Assembly (NCBI RefSeq): GCF_009914755.1 | Contig: NC_060926.1 | DNA: 64,000 nt | Source of the DNA: the human T2T-CHM13v2.0 reference genome, Homo sapiens | Strand: one strand, 5' to 3' | In this document: one piece after another, positions 33,300 through 46,649 of the stretch | Layout: every line of letters starts with the position of its first letter | Position numbering within the stretch: position 1 is the stretch's first letter | Notes under the pieces: generated by a model | Seen by the model: only the letters and a program-made list of their open reading frames with translations | Databases searched by the model: none | What the model was told of the DNA's origin: nothing | Made by a program: the position numbers and the translations under genes

Positions 33300-34976
33300 A
33301 AGGTGGTTTCAGGTGAAGATAAGACACTTGTTGGGAACTGGAATAAAGGTGATACGCAAAGAGACTGGTGGCATTTTGTTCCTGCTCTACAGATCCGTGA
33401 AACTTTGAACTTGAAAGAGATGATTTAGATTATCTGGCAGAAGAAATTTCTAAGCAGCAAAGTGTTCAAGAGGAAGCAGAGCATAAAAGTTTTGAAAATT
33501 TGCAGCCTGACAAAGCAGTAGAAAAGAAAAACCAATTTTCTGGGAAGGAATTCAAGCTGGCTGCAGAAATTTGCATAAGTAACAAGGACCCAAATGTTAA
33601 CCACCAAGACAAGGGGGAAAATGACTCCAGTGCACATCAGAGATCTTCATAGCAGCCACTACTATCACAGACCTGGAGGCCTAGGAAAGCAAAATGGTTT
33701 TGTGGGCTGGGCCCAGAGCCCCCTGCTCTGTGCAACCTTGAGACATGGTGCCCTCTGTCCCAGCTGCTTCAACTCCAGCTGTGGCTAAAAGGGGCCAACA
33801 CACAGTTGAGGCTGTTACTTCGGAGGGTGCAAGCCCAAACCCCTGGTGGCTTCATGTGGTGTTGGGGCTATGGGTACACTGAGGTCAAGAATTGAGATCT
33901 GGAAACCTTTTCTTAGATTTCAGAGTATGTGTGGGAACCCCTAGATGTCCAGGAAGAAGTTTGCTGCAGTGACAGAGCCTTCATGCAGAGCGTCTGCTAA
34001 GGCAGTGCAGAAGGGAAATGTGGTGTTGGAGCCCCCACTCAGAGTCCCCACTGGGGCACTGCCTATTGGAGCTATGAGAAGGGGGTCACCATACTCCATA
34101 CCCCACAATGGTAGATTCACTGACAACTTGCACCGTGCCCATGGATAAGCTACAGACACTCAATGCTAGTCAATGAAAGCAGCAGAGAGTGGGCTATACC
34201 CTACAAAGCCACAGGAGTGGAGCTGCCCAAGGCTGTGGAAGCCCACCTCTTGCATCATCATGACCTGGATATGTGACATGGAGTCAAAGGGAGATCATTT
34301 TGGAGCTTTAAGATTTGGAAGCCTTACTGGATTTCTGACTTGCATGGAGCCTGTAGCCCCTTTTTTGGCAAATTTCTCCCATTTGAAACAGGTGTATTTA
34401 CCCAATGCCTTCACCTCCACTGTATCTAGAAAGTAATTAACTTGCTTTTGATTTTACAGGCTCAATGGTGGAAGGGAATTGCCTTGTCTCAGACAAGATC
34501 TTGGACTTGGACTTTTGGGTTAATGCTGGAATGAGTTGAGTCTTTCGGAGACTATTGGAAGGGCATGATTGTGTTTTGAATTGGAGGACATGAGATTTGG
34601 TAGGGGCCAGGGGAAGATATGATATTGTTAGGTTCTGTGTCCCCACCTAAATCTCACCTTGGATTGTAATAATCCCTATGTGTCAAGGGTGGGGCCAGGT
34701 GGAGATAATTGAATCATGGGGGCAGTTTCTCTCATGTTATTCTCGTGATAGTGAGTGAGTTCTATGAGGTCTGATGGCTTTTATAAGGAGCTTTCCCCTT
34801 CACTCAGTGCTCATTCTCTCTTCTGCTTCCCTGTAAAGAAGTGCCTTCTGCCATGATTGTAAATTTCCTGAGGCCTCACCAGCAATACAGAACTATGGAT
34901 CAATTAAACGTCTTCCTTTATAAACTACCCAGTCTTGGGTATGGCTTTATTAACATCTTGAGAACAGACTAATCCA
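33300..34976 (+). mobile_element. THE1 (C/D-like) internal region + 3' LTR (34620-34976), 5' LTR deleted, nested in the ERV1
   Basis: THE1-int motifs (cttgttgggaactgg, agagtccccactggggcactgcct) and LTR tgatattg...gagaacagactaatcca. Confidence 0.9.
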
Positions 34977-37900
34977 CAGGGTTAGTCTAAAATACAGATA
35001 AAAACTTAAACTACTAATGAGACTAGAATTTAATGACTAGTCTATAAGTTTTGAAACACAAGTTGTCTCTCTCCAGTCTTTATTTTTTTAAAAAAAAAAA
35101 ATTATGACAGAACTGAGTTGTTTGCAAAATAAAGTTTAGTCTTATACTTGGCCTGATTAATTGCATAAAGTGCAGCAAGAATAATTATTTTCCCATAGGC
35201 TTTTCTAGATTGGCTTTGAGGGAACTCTGTTTCACAATGAATCTCAGATAAGACCTTTTAAAGCCAAGCCCAGCAATGGGTTTGTATGCTGAAATATCTG
35301 TGAGTCAGGTAAATTCCTCTCTTCCTGAGGTCCCAAGATAGCTTGAGGTTCCTAGACCTGTTAGAATGTGACATTCTTTACTCATCGCAGGTCAAGAACC
35401 CCATACAGGGACTTTGTAGACAATGCATGAGGCCAGTTTTCCCAAGGGATTTATATTGGTTCTGTAAGTTAAGCTTAATTCCCTGAAGGAGAGCACACCA
35501 TTCTAGTCAAACCCTTGATAAAACAATTTTTTTTTGTCCAATTGTGTCCTGCAAAAGAAAATGGATTCTTATTGTACTTATGCAAATAACTATATTGCCA
35601 TTAGTTAAGAATACTCACAAATAGTTTCCAAATTCTGGAGAAACCAGGTAAGGAGAAACAACTACCTTCAAATTTTATTCACAGGAATATACTTTACTCA
35701 ATTTTTAAAAGTTGCAGATAGCTCAAATTTTCCTTGACTCTGAAAAATAAAACAAGGTTCAACAATATTTTAAACAAAAAGTTAAAAAGGATTACTTCAG
35801 TTTTCTATTTAGTTCATTCCACTTACTTTTGCTCTGCTTGATATTCATGAACATCACAGCTCTTCATGAGTCCTGTACATTTTTCCTCTATGCCATTATC
35901 ACAACATCCAAAGTTATCAGAAACCTGCATTTGACAGCACCTGCTGAAGTCCTAGAGCTGATTATAAACCATCTTTTGTAAAGGATCAAGCAAGACAGCA
36001 ATTGTCTGTGAGTTACAAAATGTCCAGAGGAGTTACAGTCAAAAACATGATTGACAAAGAAATTAGGTTGTATCTGCGATTTACAATAACTTAACATTAT
36101 ATCCTTTATTATGATTGGTAGCATATACACAGACATTAGAATTTTATAAATGCCATAAAATTTTGAAACATATATTAATACTCACTAAAATATAACTTGA
36201 AGAAGATTAAACCTTATTTTTATTTTGGCAATCCCATGTAACTCAGCATGTGAAATAGCCCTGTTCACCTCTCTTTTGGATGCTCCAGGGGCCTCTGTAG
36301 CATTCAAAAGTTTAGGGGTCAGAAAAAACACAACTTTTGAAGCTGAAGTTTAATTTGTAGAAGCCTGTTAAATATTTTAGAGATTTAAACACTTCATATT
36401 ATTAAATAGAACTCCAGATTACCTTAAGTTTTTTATTTAGCCAAAATATGACTCAAATATTTTAAAACAAGGCAAAAACCTTTACTCATTAAGACAGAAG
36501 ACTTAACTTTCCAAACAATTTGTTTCTTGTTATCTTCTTTTTTGGTAGTTCATTCACAAGGCAAACAAAAATCATTCATTATCCTTTAGTATTACATAAA
36601 AATCTTGTTCAAGGGAGAGAAAGCCAAATTTCACCCTTGCATTAGTCTACTAACAATCTTAACCCCAATTTTTAAATGAAACCTTATAGATAATTCTATC
36701 CAATCTTAATCAGTTTGACCATGAGGTGAGATTACTATAAACCTTTTATAATCCTTTGCAAATTTTTGTTAAAAAGGACATCAGTGCCTTAAGAAAACCT
36801 TGTGTTTTTATTTCAATGCTCAATTTACAGAAAAACCATATAATACTCTTTTGAATCTTGTCAATATGTTCACATAAAGAATTTATTTGCTAAGATTAAT
36901 TTTTACAAATCTTTCATAAATTTTTTAAACATTCAGCTTTATCTTATCTAATTTAAGACAATCCTTTAACCCTCTAACTAGGCAAAAATTTACATTGTCA
37001 TGTCTTTTTATAATCTTTTAGTAAAATCACATTTAACTTTCCTTACATACCTTGAATGTAAATCTATTTTCAGTAGTCTCAGTATAACAATTACATGTAA
37101 TAATGGTAACTCTTAGCAATTTTTACTTTTAATGTAAAACCTGGTAAGTTATTTTAATTACGTACTAGGTGCATATAAGGTCTGACTCTTTCCAGCATAG
37201 TTGGGGGCGTGGTTAGTTTCATATGTCTCCAGGCCTTACCAAACTGTAAAGCAGGCAAATTGAACAATTTTCAAAAGCCAAAGAAGCAGTTTGTGACTTT
37301 AAAGCATTTAGCAAACCTAATATCTGAACATAATTTAGACCACAATTTTACATTTTGAAAACATTTGTATTTTACCAATAATCTTTAATACTGTTTTTAT
37401 TTTTCAAATAGTAAAGTCATGTGAACTGAAAGACATTACAGCTTGCCTTTTCTTTAAAAATATTTGAGCTAAGCACTTATTTTTCTGCATGCCAATTACT
37501 TAGAGCTCTTTTGTATATGAACATCACACACATAAACCATATATGCAGACAGGCAGAAGAAGATCCAGTAATTGTAAGATTTTTACTTGCCAATCTCTTA
37601 ATTGAATTATTGGCCTCATGGTGAAGCCTTTCAAGAAATAGGACTAGGAAAACATTCAGTTTTTAGGGTTTAATAATCAGGTATAGCTGGAAGACAAAAA
37701 CAGATTTTTAGAGGGATCTATCCACTTTTAATTCTTGGGGTTCCATGAGGAAAACAGATATTTTTTTCCAAAATTGGGTATGTGGTGCCTTCTTTGTTTC
37801 TCCCAAGGAGTCCCAAGCTATCAGAAGTTACCTTAGGGCCTCTCGTGTGTGCATTAAAAGTGAATAAAGATAATTCAATTGACTGAGAAGAAAAAACCCT

Positions 37901-39064
37901 TTTTCCAGCAAAACAAGATCCAAGAAGATTAAAAAAAAAAAAGACATAAAGGCCCTGTAAATATATCTATAGCTTGGATATCCATATTTAATGAAGCTGA
38001 ATTTTAAACATAGCACTCTTTTAAAAAATTATTTTAAATCCATTATTACACGACTTTAGCCACGCCAAGTGGCCAATATTTCTGGCTTTTGAACTTAACC
38101 AAAAGTAACCTCACAGATGAAACCAATAAGCGTTAACTACGGTTATGACTTAACTGCGAGTGTATGAGGTATTTTCAAAGAGGTGATAAGGAGTTTTTAC
38201 AATATCTAGAATCTTCAATGGTAGCTCAGAGAAAGAAAGATTTAAGAAAGGATTCTAGAAGTCGTTCATGGAAGGGAAGCGAATCAGCAAATGTCACACA
38301 GATATTAACCAGAAAGTACTCATTTCCTAAGCCTGGGTTGAACCCAGGCTGTCATTGTAAAATGGCAGAGATCAAAAGAAAGGACTGCCACATGGTTACA
38401 AGGTCAAGCTCCCGAGGATGTAAAACAAGGTGGAGAACTCATCCAGTTTGTTTGTTTTTTCCTTCAGAGACCTGCAGAAAAGTTGTTACTAACCAGTTTG
38501 CTAGGCTGGCTTGAACAGTGAGCTTATGGGGTCCTAGGCCAGCATTCTATCCTAAGGTAACCCTCTTTCTGATAGAACCATAAAGAAAGACACACAAAGC
38601 GCACCAGATTGGCTATAGCATAAGACTAGCCTCACAAATTCTTATTTCCATTAATCAAAACTTTACAGAGGATGTACACAGTGATTTTTACCATTCCCAC
38701 AACCAGTTTGCACAGAGAGAGAGAGGCCAGAAGTCTGACTGGTAAGAGCTTTTACTCTTTTGTCAGCATGTCAGGCTGCTGGGTTTCCTTCCCCTGAGCT
38801 GTGGAGCCCTTTTGACCCTGGAGTCCTGTAAAGGGGGAATAGACAAATAGGTTTTATTTGCATACTGTAAAAGTTGTCCCTCCTCAAGAGACTTGTGTAG
38901 TTAGATCTGTAATTTCTTCCTGATTCATTTTTAAACCAAACAGTTTAAGGTTTGGGGAAATTAAATTTTTCTCAGTTTGGGGAATACATCCCAGGGGAGG
39001 GTCCTGTGTTATGGACACACAATTACTCATCCACAAAGAGAGGATGGAGAAGGAAACAGGAGAA

Positions 39065-39147
39065 ATTGGGCATTTTTTTCCACAGGAGTCCCAATGATTC
39101 AGGATGCATTCAAGAGAAATACAGACCGACGATGGTTGGTTACCCAT
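39065..39147 (-). pseudogene. Gammaretrovirus-like gag (matrix N-terminus) relic
   Basis: MGNQPSSVCISLECILNHWDS..KK within ORF 38884..39255 resembles the ERV1 Gag start (MGN..S...PL.CIL..W). Confidence 0.65.
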
Positions 39148-40117
39148 CTGGAAATAGGGGAAAAATATATTCTGTAGTTTGTTTCTCTTCCCAGTGAATA
39201 CACAGAGTGTGTGAGAGAGAGAGACAAAAAAGTGTCCCCGTTTTGTCTTCCGCACTTATATTTCTGAGTCCTGGCAACCTCGGTAGGCACCACTTGTGGG
39301 TGCCAATGTGGTTTTCACCCATATAACAGGGAGACCAACAGGGTAGGATTCATCTGCACTCACCTATGCACTGGCCTATCCTCCCCGCTGTCAGTAACGT
39401 TTGAGTTCCCTAGATCTCATCTATGCCATGTATACGAGCATGATCTCCATCCACGAAACGGGGCAGGGGGACTGGGGGGGCACTAATCAGCTGGAATTAG
39501 TCATACTCACGTGTACTGTGCCCCTTGACTTCTGTTGTCATCTGCCTCTGGATCCCTCAAATCCAGTTTTCCTTTCTAGGGCTTCAACTGGAAGCTTGGG
39601 ATTGAGTTTGGGACAAAAAAAAAAACCTCAGGAGGGTACATGGACTCATTAAGATAAGTCCCAGGTGGCCCTTGCCAGACTGCAGTCAACAGCCAGGAGG
39701 GCTGCTCTTTCACTGCTTTCTTACCATAAGCCAAAAGCTAAGGTGAAAACTGTGGAACTGAATCCTCCTCAAACAAGGGAGAGAACAGGGAGTCCCTTAG
39801 AATTTGGGACCTGACCTAGGAACATGTCTTCCAGAAAAAAAAAAAAAGAAACGTAGAAAAGTTTTCTGTATTCACAGGGCTGTGTTAACTCCTAGCATGG
39901 TGGAGAAAAGAAGTAAAAACTTCTTTTAATGCAGGGAGGGGAAGATGCCTGGGGAAAAAGTCTCTTGCTCTCATGCAAATTGGTTCCTTCAACAGGGAAA
40001 AAAAAAAACAAACAACTTGTAATCACTGACTCCTCCCTGCTTCTGAGAATAGATGAAAACTGCACTATTCTGAATTAAATTGTTGATGACTGTTCTGAAT
40101 TACATATTTTGATGACT

Positions 40118-40155
40118 ATAACTGGATAGTTATAGAAATATAACTATCCAGTTAT
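40118..40155. repeat. Perfect 17-bp inverted repeat with a 4-nt loop
   Basis: ataactggatagttata-gaaa-tataactatccagttat. Confidence 0.95.
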
Positions 40156-40465
40156 GTCTCTAGTTTGCAACAACACCCCAACATTGTCAAAGAAAAGATA
40201 GGTGCCATGACGCCCTAAAATAAAGAAGGAAAATGCCATAAAAAAGACTAGATTATACTGAAACTGACATTCCCAACCCCTGAGAGCCAAGAGGGTGGTG
40301 GTGGCAGTGTCCTCTCCTGCATCCTGTCCTCTGTAGTAGTGCTATTCACTCTTAACTAGCTAATCAGAGATTTGGTCCTTCATATGTCTTTAGTAAAAAG
40401 TCTGAGGACAAGAAGCCTTAGAAAACAATGAAGAGTGTAGTTCCACATTTACTCACCCTTCAGGG

Positions 40466-40483
40466 ATCCCAGATGATCCCCCA
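40466..40483 (-). promoter_or_regulatory. Primer binding site complementary to the tRNA-Pro 3' end
   Basis: Minus strand tgggggatcatctgggat vs canonical TGGGGGCTCGTCCGGGAT (15/18, two differences are CpG decay), 5 nt from the LTR end. Confidence 0.85.
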
Positions 40484-40488
40484 GAAAA

Positions 40489-41123
40489 TGACACAGGATT
40501 CTTCTCCATCACTTTTGCCAGCCAGAAACACCTGGCCAGATGCTCCCTTGCTGCACCTCGGCCCAAGGCATCAAGGCAGGCAAAACCCTGCCAGTGTTTC
40601 TGTCACATGGTGTGTCTGCCCTCCTCCAGCAGAGGGCAGAGGGCCACGATGTTATAGCCTTTTCTATACACATATTCAGTGTGTCCCAAGCTCTTGTCTC
40701 ATGTCCAAGAAAAATGAGGATATTCTGACTCAAAGAGTCAGGAGGGTAGAGAATAATTGTATTGATTGACAGAATAACTTTCAGCAGAGGGGAAATGGAT
40801 GGTCCCCCACTCCCATGCTTGGGTGGTTTCTCCCCCAGGGTGGCTGAATCTGGGGTTTTTATAGGCACAGGATGGGGGAGGGGCGGGCTGTAGGTAATAT
40901 GGGAAAAGGAAACATTTGATTCATCAAGCATTATTCAGAAAGAACCAACCAGGAAAGGGCAAGAAAACAGGAAAAGAATTTCTCACTCTGTGTCACATTT
41001 TTCATCCAGAATGAACACTTGGGTGTTTCAGCCTTCTGGCTGTTTTTGGCTTGAAGGTGGTGGGGTTTCATTGCAGACCTGCCCATATCTGCCTAGGCAT
41101 TTGTCTGCTTCCTGCCACTATGA
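40489..41123 (-). mobile_element. 5' LTR of the ERV1 provirus
   Basis: tgacacaggatt...tgcctaggcatttgtctgcttcctgccactatga, collinear with the left LTR. Confidence 0.9.
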
Positions 41124-42875
41124 CCATTAAGACTCTCTTCTCTGTCCACTCTTTTGTCTCAAGGGAGACAGGCCTTCCTGGTGTGTAGGTGTTTATATTT
41201 CACAGGCCATCCCACACAGCTGTCAAGGGTTAATTCCTCTGTAAATCTTATTGGATTCATCACTTTTCATTTTCATCATATTATTATCACTTTTGCTTCT
41301 ACAAAGCTTTTTTGTCAGCATCAAAAAAAAATTAGAAAAAGGTACATTAAGATGGGGAGATGTTAAGTGACTTGTTGGTTATTCAGCTAGTGGCAAAGCA
41401 ATGGTTAGCACCCAATCCTGACTTTCTGAGACACTCATAATCCACAGAAATCCTAAACCTTTTGTCTACTACCAGGCATATAAACAGAACCTTACTGTTA
41501 TCTCATAAATATGTACTATCATTTACAGTTTCATTATTAATTTTACTCTTCTCAAGTACCAAAACACCACCTCCCCCTGACAAATGAACTTATGCTTTTT
41601 ATGTTCTACCTGTGAGTACTAGGATCATCAATCATATCTACAGCTTCCCCTCAGTTGATTTATGGATAGTTTGTATTTTCACTGTATCTGTCTCACACCT
41701 TTTTGAAAAGGGAACATTGTATGGCTACTTTTATGTGATTAACTCCTCCATCAATTTATGTGTCAATGATTGCCTTCCTGTAATGGATTCAATTTCTCTG
41801 TCTCCATTGTTTCTTTCTCACTAGAGAAGTTCTTTAAAATTCTATGAAAATGAAACTGTGCTAAATTAAAAATCTACTCATGATAACAGGAGACACTCAA
41901 AATTATGGGTTTCAGTTTCAGGCTTCTCACCATGTCCTCAGATTGTACTCCCTTTCTAGCCCTTCTGCAGCAAATAAACCTTTGCCATCAGTTCACCAAA
42001 AGCACTCATGAGAGGAAAAATGGCATATCACTAAATATAGAGTTCTTTGTCACTTCTTGATTTCAAATTTACAACTAATACTCAACACTTTAATTAAATC
42101 TTTCTTTTCTCTTCTTCCTAAAACATACATGCAAATTAAAAAAAAAATCTTGACCCTATTTCCTGTCTCTCTTACTCTTCTTCTGCCTTCTGTATGCACA
42201 TGCAAGAAATCTATTTTCATCTGTTTTATTTCTCAGTTTTACATATGGGAATTCATCTTCTAGTCATCTAATATCAATAATTCCCAAATCTAGATCTCTA
42301 GTTTTATAGATAGTTTTATTTTGCATATTAATTTTTTCTGCTATCTGTTTAACAGCATATTCAAAAACTAACTCATTATCTCTTTATTATAAAATGCATT
42401 TTTCCTTTTACTATCATTATCTAAAAGTTCATTAATAATATGCTAGAATACTTTTTATTTTTAAAGCAAATGATCACTGAAATTGTCTTGCTCAGTATTA
42501 CAATTTAAACAAATAATCAAATGATCATTGTGTGACTCATGAATAAGTCATCTCCATCAGCACATGGAATAAATAGTTGGAAACGTGGAAGAAGTGCAAC
42601 ATGAAGCAAAATATAAATTGAATCAATCAGGAAGCATTCAGAAAGCATTAAATAATCAGGCAGATGAGGGAGTAAATGGCAGGGGCTAACTGCTTTTCTG
42701 ACTTTGGCATGGCTGACCATTAGACCCTCTTATGAAGTGTAAATGGGACCCACTTATAGGTAGATAGGAATGAACCTACAGCCTGGATGGGTACATTCTC
42801 TTAATTATAGGCATAAAAAAGAAGAGTGTCTTGAATAAAAATTGTTTACAACAAATTATATAGGAAATACAGTGC

Positions 42876-43350
42876 TGTAGTAGATACCTCTGGTGCCTAT
42901 GACATGCCCCCTCAGCCCACCTCAGATGCAGCCACAGCTGTTGTGAACTGTTATGAGGAGCTCAGACTCATTTCCTGCTGCCAATGACTCACCTAGTGTC
43001 AACTCCGCCCAACTTTCTGCATTCTGTTGCCAGGTCTTCTTCAGTGGCAATTTCATCTGGAAGGGCAGGGGCTTATCATCCTCAAGGCAACCTTTAACTA
43101 ACAGTTACTGCAGACAGTGGGAAAAGGCATTAGCTTTTTAGGTGAACAATCTAAAAAGCATCCTCTATGATTGTCAGAAGTCTCATGCTGCCTACAGATG
43201 ACATAACAATAATAGACCTTAAGTTAGCTTTTCCTCTTTTCCTGTCTCATGCTCTAAAATCTGTTATTCCATAGATCATCTCCCCAAAAAACATCTGTAT
43301 GTATGCAAGTTCTTTTTTCTGTCCATTTTTGATAACCCTAAATTAAGACA
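42876..43350 (+). mobile_element. LTR16-like (ERVL) old solo LTR
   Basis: tgtagtagatacctctggtgcc...gatcatctccccaaaaaac...aaccctaaattaagaca. Confidence 0.6.
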
Positions 43351-44147
43351 AGCACATTTTGATATTTTTTTTTCCTAACTCAATAATAAATGTGTAATTA
43401 CATTTATGCAAGAATTATTTTCTTCCAGGCTAACCCTGTTAATTTGTCTTTCAAATTCCCAAAATTTTATTTTTGTCTGTTCGTAGTCTTCAGCATGTGG
43501 GTGAGAATGTGACATTTTTTCTTTAGTGCTCTTATTTAGTATATTTTGGTATTCGTTTATTCACTTGCTTCAGCAACAATCTTTAATTAACAAAAACCCT
43601 TAATTGAATTCCACAATATGCTTTAGTTTCCAACAATAGCCTCTGCAGTTGTTGATCAATCTCTTTCTCTCTGAACTGCAAGGCTTTTCACTGCACTTAT
43701 GTGTCTTTTACAGATTGCATTTGTCTCTGTCATGATCAGTATATTGCTCAAGCAGTGGAAATAAGAAAAGAATTATAAATATTATCCAATGAGAGACTCA
43801 CTTCTTCTGTGGCCTGAATGGAAAATGTACTCTCATTGTGTAGCACCATGCCTTTGTGTGTAAAAAATCAATAACTATTTCTTGGAAAGAGGATCATCTA
43901 GGTTCACCCCCTGGGCTCGGAAAAGGAAACTTAAGTTATTACACCTAATAAGCTCTGTGGGCTTAGATATGTAAATCTTCTCTTGCTCTCCACTTGTACA
44001 TCTATACAATAACATTATCTTGGTGATTTTACGGTTGTCTCCAGCTAGAAAAATGTCTATGTACAAAAAAAATGCCTTTTTCTTTATATTATTTCCCTCT
44101 TTTATAGAAAACAAAGATTTTTGTTTAAACAACCTCTATTTTTACTG

Positions 44148-44383
44148 CTTTTTTTAAAAAATTATACTTTAAGTTTCAGGGTACATGTGCATAATGTGCA
44201 GGTTTGTTACATATGTATACATGTGCCATGTTGGTGTGCTGCACCCATTAACTCATCATTTAACATTAGGTATATCTCCTAATGCTATCCATCCCCCATC
44301 CACCTACCCCACAACAGGCCCCAGTGTGTGATGTTCCCCTTCCTGTGTCCATGTGTTCTCATTGTTCAATTCCCACCTATGAG
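44148..44383 (-). mobile_element. Short L1PA (about PA5-6) 3' UTR fragment
   Basis: ttatactttaagtttcagggtacatgtgc...caattcccacctatgag. Confidence 0.92.
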
Positions 44384-44809
44384 GATGTTTTTGTCTTTCA
44401 ACAATGGAACCTCCTCTTCATGTCCAGACACCAGGATAACTTTTTTCCAGCTAGTCCAAAGATCTGTTGTTGTTTCATAAAACCACACAGTGGCTCATAA
44501 ACTAAGGCAGCTTGCTTGTAAAGATTTCAGCTAGATAAGCATCCTATTTGGCACCAACTATTCATCTCTCAAACTAGGTTTGTTTACCTAGTTTCCTATC
44601 TCAGCTATAACACCTATACTTAATTTCTAGTGAATGTTAATTTATATCTCACAGCCCAACCTGATGTATTATCTCAGCAGCTTGCCAGAATGAATTTTCA
44701 GTTTCTTTAACACATTGAATTAAATCTACTGTCACTGAGAAATTTACTTTTATTTAAACATGTATTACTATTAATATATCTCTTAGAATTTTCTGTTAGA
44801 GGTCACACT

Positions 44810-45035
44810 TATTGGACAGTTGCAAAAAACATAGAGGTTTAATACCAAACCAGACAAAGTTCAAATCCAAATTCCCACTTTTATTAACTCCATGAAATTT
44901 TATCTCTTTGAGTTTCTAATTATTTCCTGCAATACAGGTAAAATATTTACTCAGAAGGCTTAAAAATAAAATGATACAGTATTTATAAAACAAGTAACAA
45001 AAGACCTAGTACGTGACATGTCCTCAACAAATATT
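44810..45035 (+). mobile_element. MIR
   Basis: gttcaaatcc...ccactt...tctctttgagtttc...gtcctcaacaaatatta. Confidence 0.6.
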
Positions 45036-46649
45036 ACTTCCTATAAAATAATAAATGTAGTCTAATTCCAAGGATTCCAAAAGATAAATACAATTGATTC
45101 ACATCAGTTATAGGAGATCGAGAAATATGTCTTTGTCTTTGGAGCCATTGTATAGTAGGGAAAATAATGCAAGTCCTGCATTCAGAGGTAGAATCATTCC
45201 CCTGTTTGGCACATACTAGATGCATGCCCACTGGCAAGTTGTATAGAGACAAATGCAATCTGTAAAAGACACATAAGTGCAGTGAAAAGCCTTGCAGTTC
45301 AGCAAGCCTTTATGTTTCTTGGTGAAATAGGTTCCTTATTATAGAACTGTTTTGAGGGGAACATTAGATCCAATAACAAACACAAAATGCCAAACAAAGT
45401 ACCAGGCAGGGAGTTGATCCTCAAGCCACAGTAGCTAATAATAACTAAATAAGTTGTTAGCACCTTTCAATACAGATGAGTTTAAAAGTATGTCCTGTTG
45501 AAAGGCCAAGAGGTAGTTTACCTGTCAGCGTGTCTAAATATATTAGTGCAATATGGGCATTGTGCAAATGGATCCAAGATTGACTCCAGTCTTAAATACA
45601 TTTCTTCCTTGTGAAAGAATTGTTTTTCAAATATACAGGCTTGTGTGTTGTTACAGAATGTTTCTCATATCTCTGAGGATATTTCTAAATTAATCAATTG
45701 GTATTGTTTGGGAAAAGATTAGATATATTTATCTTCTAGAGGACCCCTGTAATGTTTCAGTTTCCAACTTTATTAAACTAATGCCAATTCTATTTATCAA
45801 CTTAAATGTCCTTTCTTCTAGGAAGTCTTCCCTTACTTAGGTGAGGTGTTCCTACTTTGGCTCTAGGGAAGTCTAGGGGAGCAAAGGTCACAGATGCCAG
45901 TGTCTATGTTCCATTAAGCACCAAAATTGGTGATTCTCAGGCATTGCTTTAGAAACTACTTAGCTCCCTGCCTGAGCCCTCTGATCATGTATATGCCTGA
46001 AAATAAATCAACAGAATTGTGGTGTCTTCTTCTCTCCAAATTTCAAATCTCACCTTAGTGACTCTCATAAGAGGAAGCAAAAAGAAACGCTTATATTGTC
46101 CCTGGCTTGTACCCTACAATACAACAGAGATCTGAGAAGAAGCTCGTGGCAATAGTGAGTTAACAATCACAGACTTTACCAGATAAAGATAAAGAAAAAG
46201 ATGTTCCCTCAATCATTCTATTTTCCTCTTTTGGGTCCATGACTACCAGATAGCTAGAATTGCTGTGTTGAATAAATCAAGAGGATGAAATAAAATACAA
46301 TTATAAAGTGTTTATTTGAGTTGCACATGCATGAGCTATACAAGCAACTATCTGATTACTCTGCAGGTTGTCAGATGTAATGCAGAGATGGTGCAGACTG
46401 TGTTCAGGACTTTAGCTGCTCAGGAAGATTTCTTAGTACTAAATTGTCCAATCGGCATGCTTTTTTATATATTCATGTGACTAATAACTGAGGTCGTGGA
46501 ATAATTAAATACCTATGTTGAATAAATAGCATATGAAGATAAGCCAGAAAAAGAATATTTTCAAAGCAGAAGGAGGTTTACCATGTTTATCTACTTTAGC
46601 ATCAGCATTTAGATAATTAGAATTCTATAGGAAGGGATACCTGAAAGTT

